A stretch of 64,000 nucleotides of DNA from an uncultured Verrucomicrobiae bacterium. GTDB taxonomy: Bacteria > Verrucomicrobiota > Verrucomicrobiia > Chthoniobacterales > JAFAMB01. Every line of letters begins with the position of its first letter. Position 1 is the stretch's first letter. This document shows, piece by piece, positions 9,946 to 19,779 of the stretch. A program made the position numbers and the translations under genes. The notes beneath the pieces were generated by a model, which was not told where the DNA came from, searched no databases, and saw only the letters and a list, made by a program, of their open reading frames with translations. The DNA lies in contig CAWAIK010000001.1 of NCBI GenBank assembly GCA_963782115.1, positions 736,001 to 800,000 on the forward strand, in the 5' to 3' direction.

Positions 9946-10810
9946 GGGCGTGTTTGTAAATCATCTATGTGAGGCGAAGTGTGAGCAGGATGCCAAGGCA
10001 GACGAAGCCCAGGAAAGTTTCGGCGAGTTTGTCATAGCGAGTGGCGACTCGCCGGTAGCGCTTGATTCTTTGGAAGAAGTTTTCTACTCGATGACGACGC
10101 CGGTAGAGCTTTGCGGAGAATGGTACAGTCGTAGTGCGGTTAGCGCGACCAGGAATGCAGGTTTTAAACCCCTTAGCGGTCGCTGTCTCTCTGAGGGCGG
10201 AGCTATCATAGGCTTTGTCGCCAATAAGGGTAGAATCCTTTGGCAGGCACTCCGTGAGCTCTTCTGCCAAAGAGATGTCGGCTTCGTTCCCACTGGACAA
10301 GGCAATGACGATAGCTTGCGAGCGGGCATTGACGACAGCATGAATCTTGGTGTTTAGCCCTCCCTTGGTGCGTCCCATGGCTTGTGGAGCTTGTCCGCCG
10401 GCCGGATTGGACCCGTCAGCATGAACCTTGACGTGAGTACTGTCTACAAAGTACCACCCCGGAGCCAGCTCCGGTCCGAATTGAGTCAGCACTTTTTGTA
10501 GCGTGCCGCGGCGACACCAGCGGCGGAAATACTGGTACACAGAGTTCCAGCGGGCCTGCGGCCGATCGATAGCTCTCCAGCTACATCCTTCTGTTAGCAC
10601 AAAGAGAACACTTTCAAGCACAACGTACATTGACAAAGCAGGCCGACCAGCTTTACTATCTTTATTGCCGCTCCAGGGAGTCGATTTCTATGGAAATTAT
10701 AGCTTCCACTATCTTCGGCAGGAGCGCCTTCACTTTTGGTCGTATTCGCATCTTCCCTTTTACCTCCAGGTAGGCGCGTTGTCCATTAAACAGGATTTAC
10801 AAACACGCCC
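9946..10810 (-). mobile_element. IS5-family element, copy 2 (tandem with copy 1, separated by TA)
   Basis: Same sequence and IRs as copy 1. Confidence 0.95.
9965..10636 (-). CDS. IS5-family transposase
   Basis: Identical translation to 9098-9769. Confidence 0.93.
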   Translation of the reverse strand: MSMYVVLESVLFVLTEGCSWRAIDRPQARWNSVYQYFRRWCRRGTLQKVLTQFGPELAPGWYFVDSTHVKVHADGSNPAGGQAPQAMGRTKGGLNTKIHAVVNARSQAIVIALSSGNEADISLAEELTECLPKDSTLIGDKAYDSSALRETATAKGFKTCIPGRANRTTTVPFSAKLYRRRHRVENFFQRIKRYRRVATRYDKLAETFLGFVCLGILLTLRLT

Positions 10811-11314
10811 TAGAGACTTCGGGGTTCCAAGACCCCAGGCGAGTGCTGATCGTGGCTGAAATCGAATCCTAGAGCGTCGAATGAGGCGATAGGGACATAC
10901 TTTATCATGTACATTCTCACACTATTCATGACCGGGCAGAGATTAAAGGGAGGATAAGTCGCCCGTTGACAGCCTCTGCTAGTTCCTTTTACGTACCAGT
11001 GAATTATCGATGGACGAAGCGCAGAAAAAGCATCAAAAGGCGTGGGATTTTTTGACCGCTCAAGGCTTTTAAATAAAAAGGCGAGGTCGAGGACTATTAC
11101 ACCGACAAAATAAAGGAATGGTTGGCCCGTGCGCCGTGCGTTCGAAGCCGCCTTTCTGATGCCTGAACCCTGGCCACCGCTATTCCCGCCTCCGATCTCG
11201 TTAGGCCTCGAAGTGAATCAATCGGGCTTGAGTGGGACTTGCAGCGATCCATCGAGTGCGACGTAGTCTCGAACATGGCGAGTTGGCAGTGCTTGCGCTT
11301 TACTTAAGGCCATT

Positions 11315-11630
11315 TCACGGACGTTTTTCGAGTGCTGACGAGATGACAGCATCATCCAACGCCGCTAACAGGTTTCCGCAAGAGTCATAACACAGAAGAG
11401 GCAGAACCCAATGGAAGGCAGTGGGATCCCGGAACATTGAAAATGGCTGTTCGCCATCTTGGAGGATAGGAACGAAGGGAATTCTATAATTCGGGACTGC
11501 GGCGTGAAGCTCAAGAGGAGATGATTTTGGATTTGTTATATCGGCAATTACGAATGCGGACATTCCAGCCAACGTCATGATCGTCTCGGTAAAATCCCGG
11601 TCGGTGGGGCGGTCAAAATCAAATAGCAAA
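11315..11630 (-). pseudogene. C-terminal fragment of a pentapeptide-repeat-associated domain protein
   Basis: FDFDRPTDRDFTET...FVIADITNPKSSPLEL motif; no convincing N-terminus. Confidence 0.55.
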
Positions 11631-11802
11631 AGGCACGATATTGTTCTAAAGTAATAGCTTCGCAAAGAGACTCAGCCAGGGCATGATCGGCGATCGTGAT
11701 CGGAAATGAGGTGCCTTGGCATGGTCGCCCAATAAATACAACTCACGAATTGTAGTTGCTTCCCCTCAAGTTTTCCGGTGGTGCGTCGAAGCTATTTGGA
11801 AA

Positions 11803-12051
11803 ATGTCTAAGTTTAGCGTCATTGTTAATGAACCCGACTGGACCATTGGCGGGCGTCCTGTGGCTATCAACCTGTTTGAAGGAGCAGATTATATAGAAGC
11901 GGCATGCTTCTTCTACCGCTACGGCACTAATCGTCGTGGCAGGTATGTGGTTCGTCTGTTGGAAGACGGTAAAGAGATCAAGGAGAAGGAGACCGGGAAA
12001 GCCCCGATGCATATCAGACTTCGGCGCATTTGGTCTCTTTGGTTTTCCTGA
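11803..12051 (+). CDS. Small hypothetical protein
   Basis: ATG ORF, protein-like composition. Confidence 0.45.
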   Translation: MSKFSVIVNEPDWTIGGRPVAINLFEGADYIEAACFFYRYGTNRRGRYVVRLLEDGKEIKEKETGKAPMHIRLRRIWSLWFS

Positions 12052-12133
12052 AAGAAATCCCTAGGAGGCTGTTGGACCTTGTCTAGAACACGGCAACCAT
12101 CCCTGCGAATAAACATTAGAACATTAGAACATT

Positions 12134-12484
12134 ATGAAACAATTAGCCCTAGTATTAGCATTGGCCCTGACTACACTGGCAGCGCCAGCTGCACCTCCTT
12201 CTCCGGCCAGCATCTCGAACCAACAAGCCCTAGCCTACGTAACCGAATACATTCACGTTTCCTTCAAAGACCCCTACAGCGTGGTGGATTTAAGAGTTGG
12301 CAGGCCCGAATTACGTTACGCCTTGATGGGAGGCCCGATCTGGGCCATTCCATTCATGTGTAATGGTAAGAATTCCTATGGTGCCTACATTGGTCTCCAG
12401 CGTTATGAAGTATTGATCGCCCGTACCGGTCAAATCGATTGGAAACGCATCGAAATGCTCAAGAGCCTGACTACTTGGCAGTAA
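12134..12484 (+). CDS. Secreted protein of the KDPxS...KNSYGAY type
   Basis: Signal peptide; FKDPYS and NGKNSYGAYIG motifs seen in phage/island envelope proteins. Confidence 0.7.
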   Translation: MKQLALVLALALTTLAAPAAPPSPASISNQQALAYVTEYIHVSFKDPYSVVDLRVGRPELRYALMGGPIWAIPFMCNGKNSYGAYIGLQRYEVLIARTGQIDWKRIEMLKSLTTWQ

Positions 12485-13029
12485 AATGTCTGGACCCACC
12501 AATTCTTTTTAGGACGAACAACTACTGAAGTTGGAGCGGTTGCTGAACCAGCTGTTGACCGAAACTTTGGTGCGGCTGGACGTGCTGTTGGACCGCCGTG
12601 CATAATTTCACGCAAACGGCTTTTCGGTTAAGACGGCGTTTCTCGGCCCAAATAATTGCTTTTAATGGAGTGCAAATAGATGTGAGCAGGTGTTCTAGCT
12701 CGATCCGGTCGGACCCCTCGTAACGGGCTCCTGAAGAGGTTGTATTTGAGCTGATGTTCCGCCGCCTTCTCACGGCCCCAGCGAGAAAAGTCCAAGCGGA
12801 ATCCTTTGTTTGGCACCCTGGAAAACCGGAAAGGATTTTCTGACGGCGGCGGTAGCCAACGCTTGGTTCATCGACAAATGTTATTATCGTTATCAAATAG
12901 CGCAATAGTGGCGGCGCTACCGCTCGGCGGATGACCCGCACTGGAAAGTATGCGTTAAAACGGCTCGGGCTCGGCAATCAGCCCGTGGCGAGCGGGAATG
13001 GGGTCGGTAGGCTCCGCACCGGGAAACAA

Positions 13030-13052
13030 AAAGCCACCGTTGTCGGTGGTTT
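13030..13052 (-). terminator. Intrinsic terminator-like hairpin
   Basis: AAAGCCACCG-TTGT-CGGTGGTTT with A-run on the left. Confidence 0.6.
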
Positions 13053-13211
13053 ACGTTTTCGGGCGGAAGGCGAATTTCAGTTTGAACGATCTTCACAAAC
13101 CGAATTTCTCTTCCTGCATCGCCTAACCAAACGTCGAAAGTCTTATTGCCTGTGGGATTTTTGAGTGAATCCAGACGGCGGCGGAGGGCAGTTGTGTGCC
13201 GGAGCCAGTAA

Positions 13212-13739
13212 TCATTGTCCAGCGTGGCCGAGAACACGATGCAAGGTTTCCTTGTCCCTAGAGGGACAATTGGGATAGGCCAGCAAAAGCAGATCATCAA
13301 GTACCTGTCCGGCGACCAATGTAGAGTTGGCCTGACAGGCTTTGACAAAGCCTTCCGCCTCGGCCAGAAGCTTTTTAAACCTCCCCATGTTGCCATTCCT
13401 CATACTGTAACTTCGCATGGCGTCGATTAGTCTGCGAAACGCTGCCATCACCTCAATGGAATACGGAAGTTTTGGAATCCATGCGTTATCCTCTTCTTTC
13501 GATGATGGTTGTTTACCTATGACAGAACAATACACTAAGTATGCGTCAAGTTTGTCATTAGCCGCCCGTGAAAATGGCACCGGATTGGTGTTGGGCGAAA
13601 GGAAGAGAACCATGGAGACATAAATAACAAACACGAGGCTTAATGGCATAAAGGTCCATTCCCAACCGATCAAGTGGAAGATCGCCGATAGAACCAGCAA
13701 GACGATCAGTGCTCCGACTATGTGCAAAGCTTTAGCCAT
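13212..13739 (-). CDS. Hypothetical membrane protein
   Basis: Two N-terminal hydrophobic helices. Confidence 0.6.
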   Translation of the reverse strand: MAKALHIVGALIVLLVLSAIFHLIGWEWTFMPLSLVFVIYVSMVLFLSPNTNPVPFSRAANDKLDAYLVYCSVIGKQPSSKEEDNAWIPKLPYSIEVMAAFRRLIDAMRSYSMRNGNMGRFKKLLAEAEGFVKACQANSTLVAGQVLDDLLLLAYPNCPSRDKETLHRVLGHAGQ

Positions 13740-13801
13740 GGTACGCAGTGAGTTCGACCGTTTATCCAAAAGCTGGAGGGAAATCGATTCCGGGGCAGAT
13801 T

Positions 13802-13981
13802 TTAGAGATCCGGCCCACCAACATTCAGATCCGCCAACCGCACATTAATGCTCACAGTGCCGTCGGACCATTTTATGTTTACCCGTTGGGTATCTTTGAG
13901 GCCGATCACGTCGAACACTCGGACGACGACCCCGGTTTTATCCTTGGACCGGACTTTCTTACCGAGGAGGTCGTCACTCAT
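13802..13981 (-). CDS. Small hypothetical protein (SH3/KOW-like)
   Basis: LLGKKVRSKDKTGVVVRV...VNIKWSDG. Confidence 0.5.
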   Translation of the reverse strand: MSDDLLGKKVRSKDKTGVVVRVFDVIGLKDTQRVNIKWSDGTVSINVRLADLNVGGPDL

Positions 13982-14022
13982 GGCCAGATACTCCAAAACT
14001 TGGTCGCTGGGCAGAGAAAAGC

Positions 14023-15380
14023 TTATTGAGGTGGGCCATTTCTATCGAAAATGTGAAGACATTCTGTATGCTCGGCGAAAGAAACGGCCTCAACAGTCCA
14101 GGTAAGGCAAGCAGTCATAGCTTCATGGGAAGATAAGGAAACATTCCCATATGATTTCCCATTTACATCCGTGAGAAACGTGACTCCATCATGGTCTATT
14201 TCTGTCCAATCAGCAACCTGGAACGGTACGGGATAAGAACGCTTTGATAAGTTCCTTGGTAAAAGGCGTTCCGTCCAAACGAGTATAGATAATGAGCCAA
14301 ACCCTGCCGTTGAAGCAATTGGCTTCCATACCGTACCCTTGAGATTGGAAATCGTATTCGATGTCGCCGTTGGGACCATTCTCTGCTCCACGTACTTTCA
14401 AAACTTGACCCCAAGCTTGCGTGCATTCGGAAAGAGTACTACCCAGGCCGACTCCAGCGTGGGCAGTAAAGGCGGTAAAGGCGAGAGCGAAGGCGAGTAA
14501 TAGGGCGTGTTTGTAAATCATCTATGTGAGGCGAAGTGTGAGCAGGATGCCAAGGCAGACGAAGCCCAGGAAAGTTTCGGCGAGTTTGTCATAGCGAGTG
14601 GCGACTCGCCGGTAGCGCTTGATTCTTTGGAAGAAGTTTTCTACTCGATGACGACGCCGGTAGAGCTTTGCGGAGAATGGTACAGTCGTAGTGCGGTTAG
14701 CGCGACCAGGAATGCAGGTTTTAAACCCCTTAGCGGTCGCTGTCTCTCTGAGGGCGGAGCTATCATAGGCTTTGTCGCCAATAAGGGTAGAATCCTTTGG
14801 CAGGCACTCCGTGAGCTCTTCTGCCAAAGAGATGTCGGCTTCGTTCCCACTGGACAAGGCAATGACGATAGCTTGCGAGCGGGCATTGACGACAGCATGA
14901 ATCTTGGTGTTTAGCCCTCCCTTGGTGCGTCCCATGGCTTGTGGAGCTTGTCCGCCGGCCGGATTGGACCCGTCAGCATGAACCTTGACGTGAGTACTGT
15001 CTACAAAGTACCACCCCGGAGCCAGCTCCGGTCCGAATTGAGTCAGCACTTTTTGTAGCGTGCCGCGGCGACACCAGCGGCGGAAATACTGTACACAGAG
15101 TTCCAGCGGGCCTGCGGCCGATCGATAGCTCTCCAGCTACATCCTTCTGTTAGCACAAAGAGAACACTTTCAAGCACAACGTACATTGACAAAGCAGGCC
15201 GACCAGCTTTACTATCTTTATTGCCGCTCCAGGGAGTCGATTTCTATGGAAATTATAGCTTCCACTATCTTCGGCAGGAGCGCCTTCACTTTTGGTCGTA
15301 TTCGCATCTTCCCTTTTACCTCCAGGTAGGCGCGTTGTCCATTAAACAGGATTTACAAACACGCCCTAGAAGTTTTTCAT
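14023..15380 (-). pseudogene. Secreted 'GxGLGSTL' family paralogue, IS5-interrupted and frameshifted
   Basis: Near-identical to 30339-30845. IS5 in signal peptide, extra A near 14216, and T5 run at 15373-15377 puts the ATG out of frame. Confidence 0.88.
14503..15366 (-). mobile_element. IS5-family element, copy 3 (864 bp, 1-bp deletion near 15090 frameshifting the transposase)
   Basis: Same IRs and TA duplication; AATACTGTACAC versus AATACTGGTACAC. Confidence 0.95.
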
Positions 15381-15483
15381 TCTTAATTCGTCTCCAAGGG
15401 CTTTATTGACTGCTTTGAAATGCTCTCTCTGTCAGACGGTCTTGTGGCCGGGTGGGGTCGAAGGGCTGATGCGGTCCTCCCTG

Positions 15484-15741
15484 TTAATCACTTCCTGCTT
15501 CTGCACAATAGAACCCAGACTGTACTTCCAGCTTCTTCAGTCTATTATCTTGGGTCTCTAGCCTGTGCATTATGTAAATATTATACTCTACGCAAGTGTT
15601 TACCAGTTCATTTAGCTTGAGAATTACATCCCGATCAGTCTTGGTCTTATTGGTTAAGTCAATATTGTTTGCAACTATTAGTACTACATGCCAAGCCAGA
15701 AAGAGTACTATTACGAATAAGGCACCGATTATAAACCACAT
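15484..15741 (-). CDS. Small membrane-anchored hypothetical protein
   Basis: N-terminal TM helix, coiled tail. Confidence 0.6.
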   Translation of the reverse strand: MWFIIGALFVIVLFLAWHVVLIVANNIDLTNKTKTDRDVILKLNELVNTCVEYNIYIMHRLETQDNRLKKLEVQSGFYCAEAGSD

Positions 15742-16104
15742 ATAGTTTAGTATTTGTTTGACGGTCGCTGTTTTTCAAAGGCAAACAGCGGCGCTTGGAA
15801 GTACGAAGGTGGCGCACTGCGGCCTGGGGCCGTGCGTCTCAGGCCGTCTTTTTAAGTGAGTTAGGCCGGAATGAAAAAAGCGGCCCGGCAGCGGTTTGGA
15901 CGTGCGGAACTCCATCGTCCTGGGTCGCCAGCTGGGCGGGAGGTATGTGTTGGGGAGACGCCCATCGAGAGAAAGGATATTTCCTTCGCATTATTGCCTG
16001 TAACCAGGAGAAGCCCCCAGGTTTTTGGCCGATAGAGCAGAGCGCCCACGGGCAGAGCGTCGATTTCGGGTCGGGGTCTATCCCGATAATGGGATGCACT
16101 GCGT

Positions 16105-16559
16105 TTACGATGTCAGGACTTGATATTCCCGCCTTGCCTGCTGCAAGTAGGCGAATTCCTGTGCTGCAAAATCCCTCGTCAAAAACGGCATGCAGAATTC
16201 TTGGGGCTTGTTAACAAGGAAAAGTTCGGGTTTCCAAAGCGACGAGGCATCCCCCATGAAGATGGTGATCTTCAATTCAGGAAGAAATAAATCGCACATC
16301 AAACCCCCGCTCTTCAATCGGCTCGTCTTTGGGGGCAAATAAGATTGGTATATTCTCCTAGAAAGTCGCTGGCCCGCTTAAATATCAACGTCGGATATTC
16401 CTCCAACGTCAAAAGGGTAGGGTCGAAAATCCTTTCGATGACTCGCCTTTCGTCCCGCAGCCCGAGATTAGCTCGGTCATAGAAATTGCACTTAGAGACC
16501 GAAGCACGCCACAGGACAGAGAGAATAAATCTTCTCAATTTGTCGGTATCGCACCCCAT
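16105..16559 (-). pseudogene. Fragmented hypothetical protein
   Basis: KLRRFILSVLWRASVS motif common in island HNH-associated proteins; split over two frames. Confidence 0.4.
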
Positions 16560-16743
16560 CCAATAGCCCGCCAGTTGAAAATTTTCAAGATATGGGGATA
16601 TGGGCTGCTTAAGTCCAGCTCACCGAGAATCTTACCTTGGCCCCTTCAAAGTCTTGACTTCTGGTGTGCATCGAATTTCGTCAACCGGAAACCTGCGATT
16701 TTTTCCTTGAAGTTTCCATTGCGGTTTCATCGAATATTTTTTA

Positions 16744-17250
16744 GTGCATCTGAGCGTGGAATTCTGGCTGGCGATCCTGGCGTCGGTCCCTATCGGCATT
16801 GGCACAGCTCTTGTTACTCCATCGATCCAGCATTGGTTAGACGCACGATCAAAGAAGCGGTCGCTGATAAGGACCCGCAACTTCGAAGCGGAATACAAGT
16901 TGGTGCTATTCTATAGGGACAATCCGAATGAGTTCACCCACTTTTTGGTGCAGACCGCAATTAAAACCACCTTTATCAGCGCAGTTATCGCAGTCCTTAG
17001 CGGCCTTTCGGTGGGTTTCGCTTCCTTGACGGCGGCTCTAGATTCCTTGGTCCTCCCTATCGGTCATGTTCGTGAAAGTTTCATCCTTCTGCTGGCTAGT
17101 GTTGGCCAATTAGGCGCATCGTTCGGTTCCATAATGATTTTCCAGGTCTGTCAAAAGGCACTTTCTATCTGGACAAAGGTGAAAAACTTCGAGGAATACT
17201 CCGAGTCTATGGGCAAGGTAATATCCGCTGGACCGGACCCAACAGCATAA
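16744..17250 (+). CDS. Hypothetical membrane protein
   Basis: 168 aa, three hydrophobic segments. Confidence 0.65.
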   Translation: MHLSVEFWLAILASVPIGIGTALVTPSIQHWLDARSKKRSLIRTRNFEAEYKLVLFYRDNPNEFTHFLVQTAIKTTFISAVIAVLSGLSVGFASLTAALDSLVLPIGHVRESFILLLASVGQLGASFGSIMIFQVCQKALSIWTKVKNFEEYSESMGKVISAGPDPTA

Positions 17251-17929
17251 GACTTCAGCCCACTTCGGCCATCAAGGTCTTCGGGGCTGCAACGAGGTCG
17301 ACCGATGGTCAAGGGATTCTATCGCATAAACCTTAGTGCAGACCACGGCCCTGAAATCCCGATAATGGGACGCTGTAGTGCCGTACGTGATTTCCAAAAC
17401 GACGGACTTTTTACGGCGCAAACGGCCCTCGAACCGGTTTGGCGGAGAAAATAGGATTTATTGAAAGAGGGCGGTATCAAGCACCAGGTCGTTTACCGGA
17501 TCCATACGATTTCCCATTTACATCCGTGAGAAAAGTAACTCCATCATCGTCTATTTCGGTCCAATGAGAGGGAGCGCGGTATTTGATGGCGGTGCTTTCG
17601 GGAATATCGAGGGAATTGTAGAGAGTGCCCAAGGTTGGGGCATGGCATGCCTGTAAATGGTTAATAGCAATTAAATCTCCGGTTCGGGGGGATTTTAATC
17701 GTCGCTGTTAGGTGCCAATTGTGAGTGCCATCCGGTGGGCGGTGGAAAAGAGGGATGGATTTATCGCTTTGTTCCCTGCACCGGCAGTGGGCTAGCCGGG
17801 CGGCCTTCGTGTGAAAACCGCCCGACCTGCCGTTCGCAGGGCTCCAGTCGGCGCTCGGGTCGCTTCCCAGCGTTGCCCTATCCTCCGCTGAAGCAAATTG
17901 GGGTTGCTCCGACCTGCGTCGAAGCGTCG

Positions 17930-18955
17930 TCAAGGGGAGTGTTTCCCGTTTCCGTTTCCCTGGGGGCCTATAGGCGGGGAAAGGGAAACGGCTGATGATT
18001 GCGAGGGTCGATTGAGTTGATAGCCTCTGCTATCGTGGGTTACCACATCAGTCTCGACCAATTGAGCCAGGCAGGAGCAAACCGTGGCGGTGCGCAGACC
18101 GCAGAGTTTGCGCAACTGCTGGACGGTGACGGGTTGATCCAGGCCGGCCAAGACCTGCTGGATGCGCTGGAGAGCCGAAGGTTCAGAACCGGGATCGGGA
18201 ATGGTAGCGGAGTCGCTGGCCACAGAGAGAGCCAACGCCGAACCGGCTTGAGTTAGTTCGAGCGGAATGTGGTCTTGGGAAGCGGCGGCCCTGTGCTCAG
18301 TGGACAAGGTCAATTGGGCGCCGCGCCGGCGCATGTAAAGATTGGAGTCACCCCAGCCGTGCAGTTCGCTTGAGCCACGCAGGGCTTGGCCGGGCCGAGT
18401 GGAGTTGGCATCTTTTCTGGCGTGGTGGACGACTAAGACCGCGACCTGGAATGTTCGTTGAAGTAGGCGCAAGTAGGACAGGAGTCCGGCAATCTGTGAG
18501 GCGTCGTTCTCGTCGACGCGATGCAACCGGATCAGAGGATCGAGAATGAGCAAACGCGGTTGGCGTGCCTGGACGGTGTTGGTGAGCCGTTCCCGGTCCT
18601 TAGGTGCGTCCAAGCGGAGCGTCGGAGCAGTGATCACCTCGACAGGCAGAGACTGGAAGTCGACACCGGCCGCCGAGCAGATCCCCTCCAAGCGCTGGCG
18701 GACCACGGCCAGGGAGTCTTCGGCGGGAAAAAGGAGCACGGGACCGGTGCGCCGGACAGCAAAGCGGCGCAGACAGGGAGTGCCTGAGGCGACACTGACG
18801 GCCAGGTCCAACGCCAGGAAGCTCTTGCAGCATTTAGGTTCGCCTCCGAGGATGCCCACGGCTTGGTCGGACCAGAGCCCCTGGACCAGCCATTGGGTGA
18901 GCGAAGCCGAGTCGACCGAGAGCTCGCTGGCGCGTTGGACGGGCAGTTGGTTCAT
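17930..18955 (-). CDS. AAA_25/RepA-like (RecA-fold) ATPase with C-terminal HTH
   Basis: GGEPKCCKS Walker A, LLILDP Walker B, VVHHARK, LRGSS. Confidence 0.85.
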   Translation of the reverse strand: MNQLPVQRASELSVDSASLTQWLVQGLWSDQAVGILGGEPKCCKSFLALDLAVSVASGTPCLRRFAVRRTGPVLLFPAEDSLAVVRQRLEGICSAAGVDFQSLPVEVITAPTLRLDAPKDRERLTNTVQARQPRLLILDPLIRLHRVDENDASQIAGLLSYLRLLQRTFQVAVLVVHHARKDANSTRPGQALRGSSELHGWGDSNLYMRRRGAQLTLSTEHRAAASQDHIPLELTQAGSALALSVASDSATIPDPGSEPSALQRIQQVLAGLDQPVTVQQLRKLCGLRTATVCSCLAQLVETDVVTHDSRGYQLNRPSQSSAVSLSPPIGPQGNGNGKHSP

Positions 18956-19779
18956 GAGCGTTTGGGCGGCTTGGGATCCAGGGAAAAGACTTCAAAGAAG
19001 AGCTTTTCATCGATCTGTTCACGTTCCTGGTGAAGGGCGGCAGCCAACAGATCGTTGGCCATGTTCATGAGCAGGCGCAGGTTGCCGGCGGCGTGCTCGC
19101 AGAGGGTCTGCAAAAGCGGCGGGTTCATGAGCTTTGGATTACCGGCCATCTTGAGCAGGTGGTTCAAACACTGGAGCAGTTGGGACGGGGCCAGAGCTTC
19201 GGTGCGCAATCGCGCCCGGATACGGCTGGCGATGGGTAGGAGTTGGGCCTCTTCCAAGCGGTGAGCCAGGCGAAGATCGCCGGCCAGGACGGTGGTGAGG
19301 ATGGAGCGGGAATCCAGCTCGGCGCTGGACAAAAGCCGCAGTTCGCTCAAAGCCGAGGAGGTCATCTCCTGGGCTTCATCGATCAGGAGGACCGGACGAT
19401 ACAGAGAGTTTTCGATGTGATGGAGCCACTTTTCCCGTAAAGCTTTGGCGCTGGCCCATCGGTTGTGAGGCGCCAATGGGACCGAGAAAAGATGGCCCAG
19501 CTCACGATAAAAATCGGCCAGCGAGGCTTGGGGCCGACTTAAAACTCCGACAACGACATCGCGCAAGTTGCCAAGGTGCTCGGCCAGGATGCGCAGAGCG
19601 GCGCTCTTACCCGTGCCGGGATCGCCGATCGCCAGGGCGAAGCCGCCTTCGCCGATTTGCTGTTCGATGCGCCAGCAGAAGCTCTCGATCGAGGGCGCGC
19701 TCCACAAGGCGGAGGTAGGCACTTCGGGTGAGAAGGGGTTGAACTTCAGACTATAAAGAGAGAGGAGTTTTTTATTCAT
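18952..19779 (-). CDS. ExeA/TnsC-like AAA+ ATPase
   Basis: YSLKFNPF, GDPGTGKS, LLIDEAQ; ATG 19779 overlaps transposase stop. Confidence 0.88.
   Translation of the reverse strand: MNKKLLSLYSLKFNPFSPEVPTSALWSAPSIESFCWRIEQQIGEGGFALAIGDPGTGKSAALRILAEHLGNLRDVVVGVLSRPQASLADFYRELGHLFSVPLAPHNRWASAKALREKWLHHIENSLYRPVLLIDEAQEMTSSALSELRLLSSAELDSRSILTTVLAGDLRLAHRLEEAQLLPIASRIRARLRTEALAPSQLLQCLNHLLKMAGNPKLMNPPLLQTLCEHAAGNLRLLMNMANDLLAAALHQEREQIDEKLFFEVFSLDPKPPKRS

Noticed and set aside
12113..12133. ACATTAGA tandem repeat before a start codon as a phase-variation switch
   Set aside because: Only about 2.5 units; insufficient evidence.
11126..12602. Short GCCGTGC matches as further copies of the hairpin element
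   Set aside because: 7-mers are expected by chance at this GC content and lack the rest of the motif.
18952..19779. Type II secretion exeA
   Set aside because: No secretion genes; coupled to a transposase within element ends.
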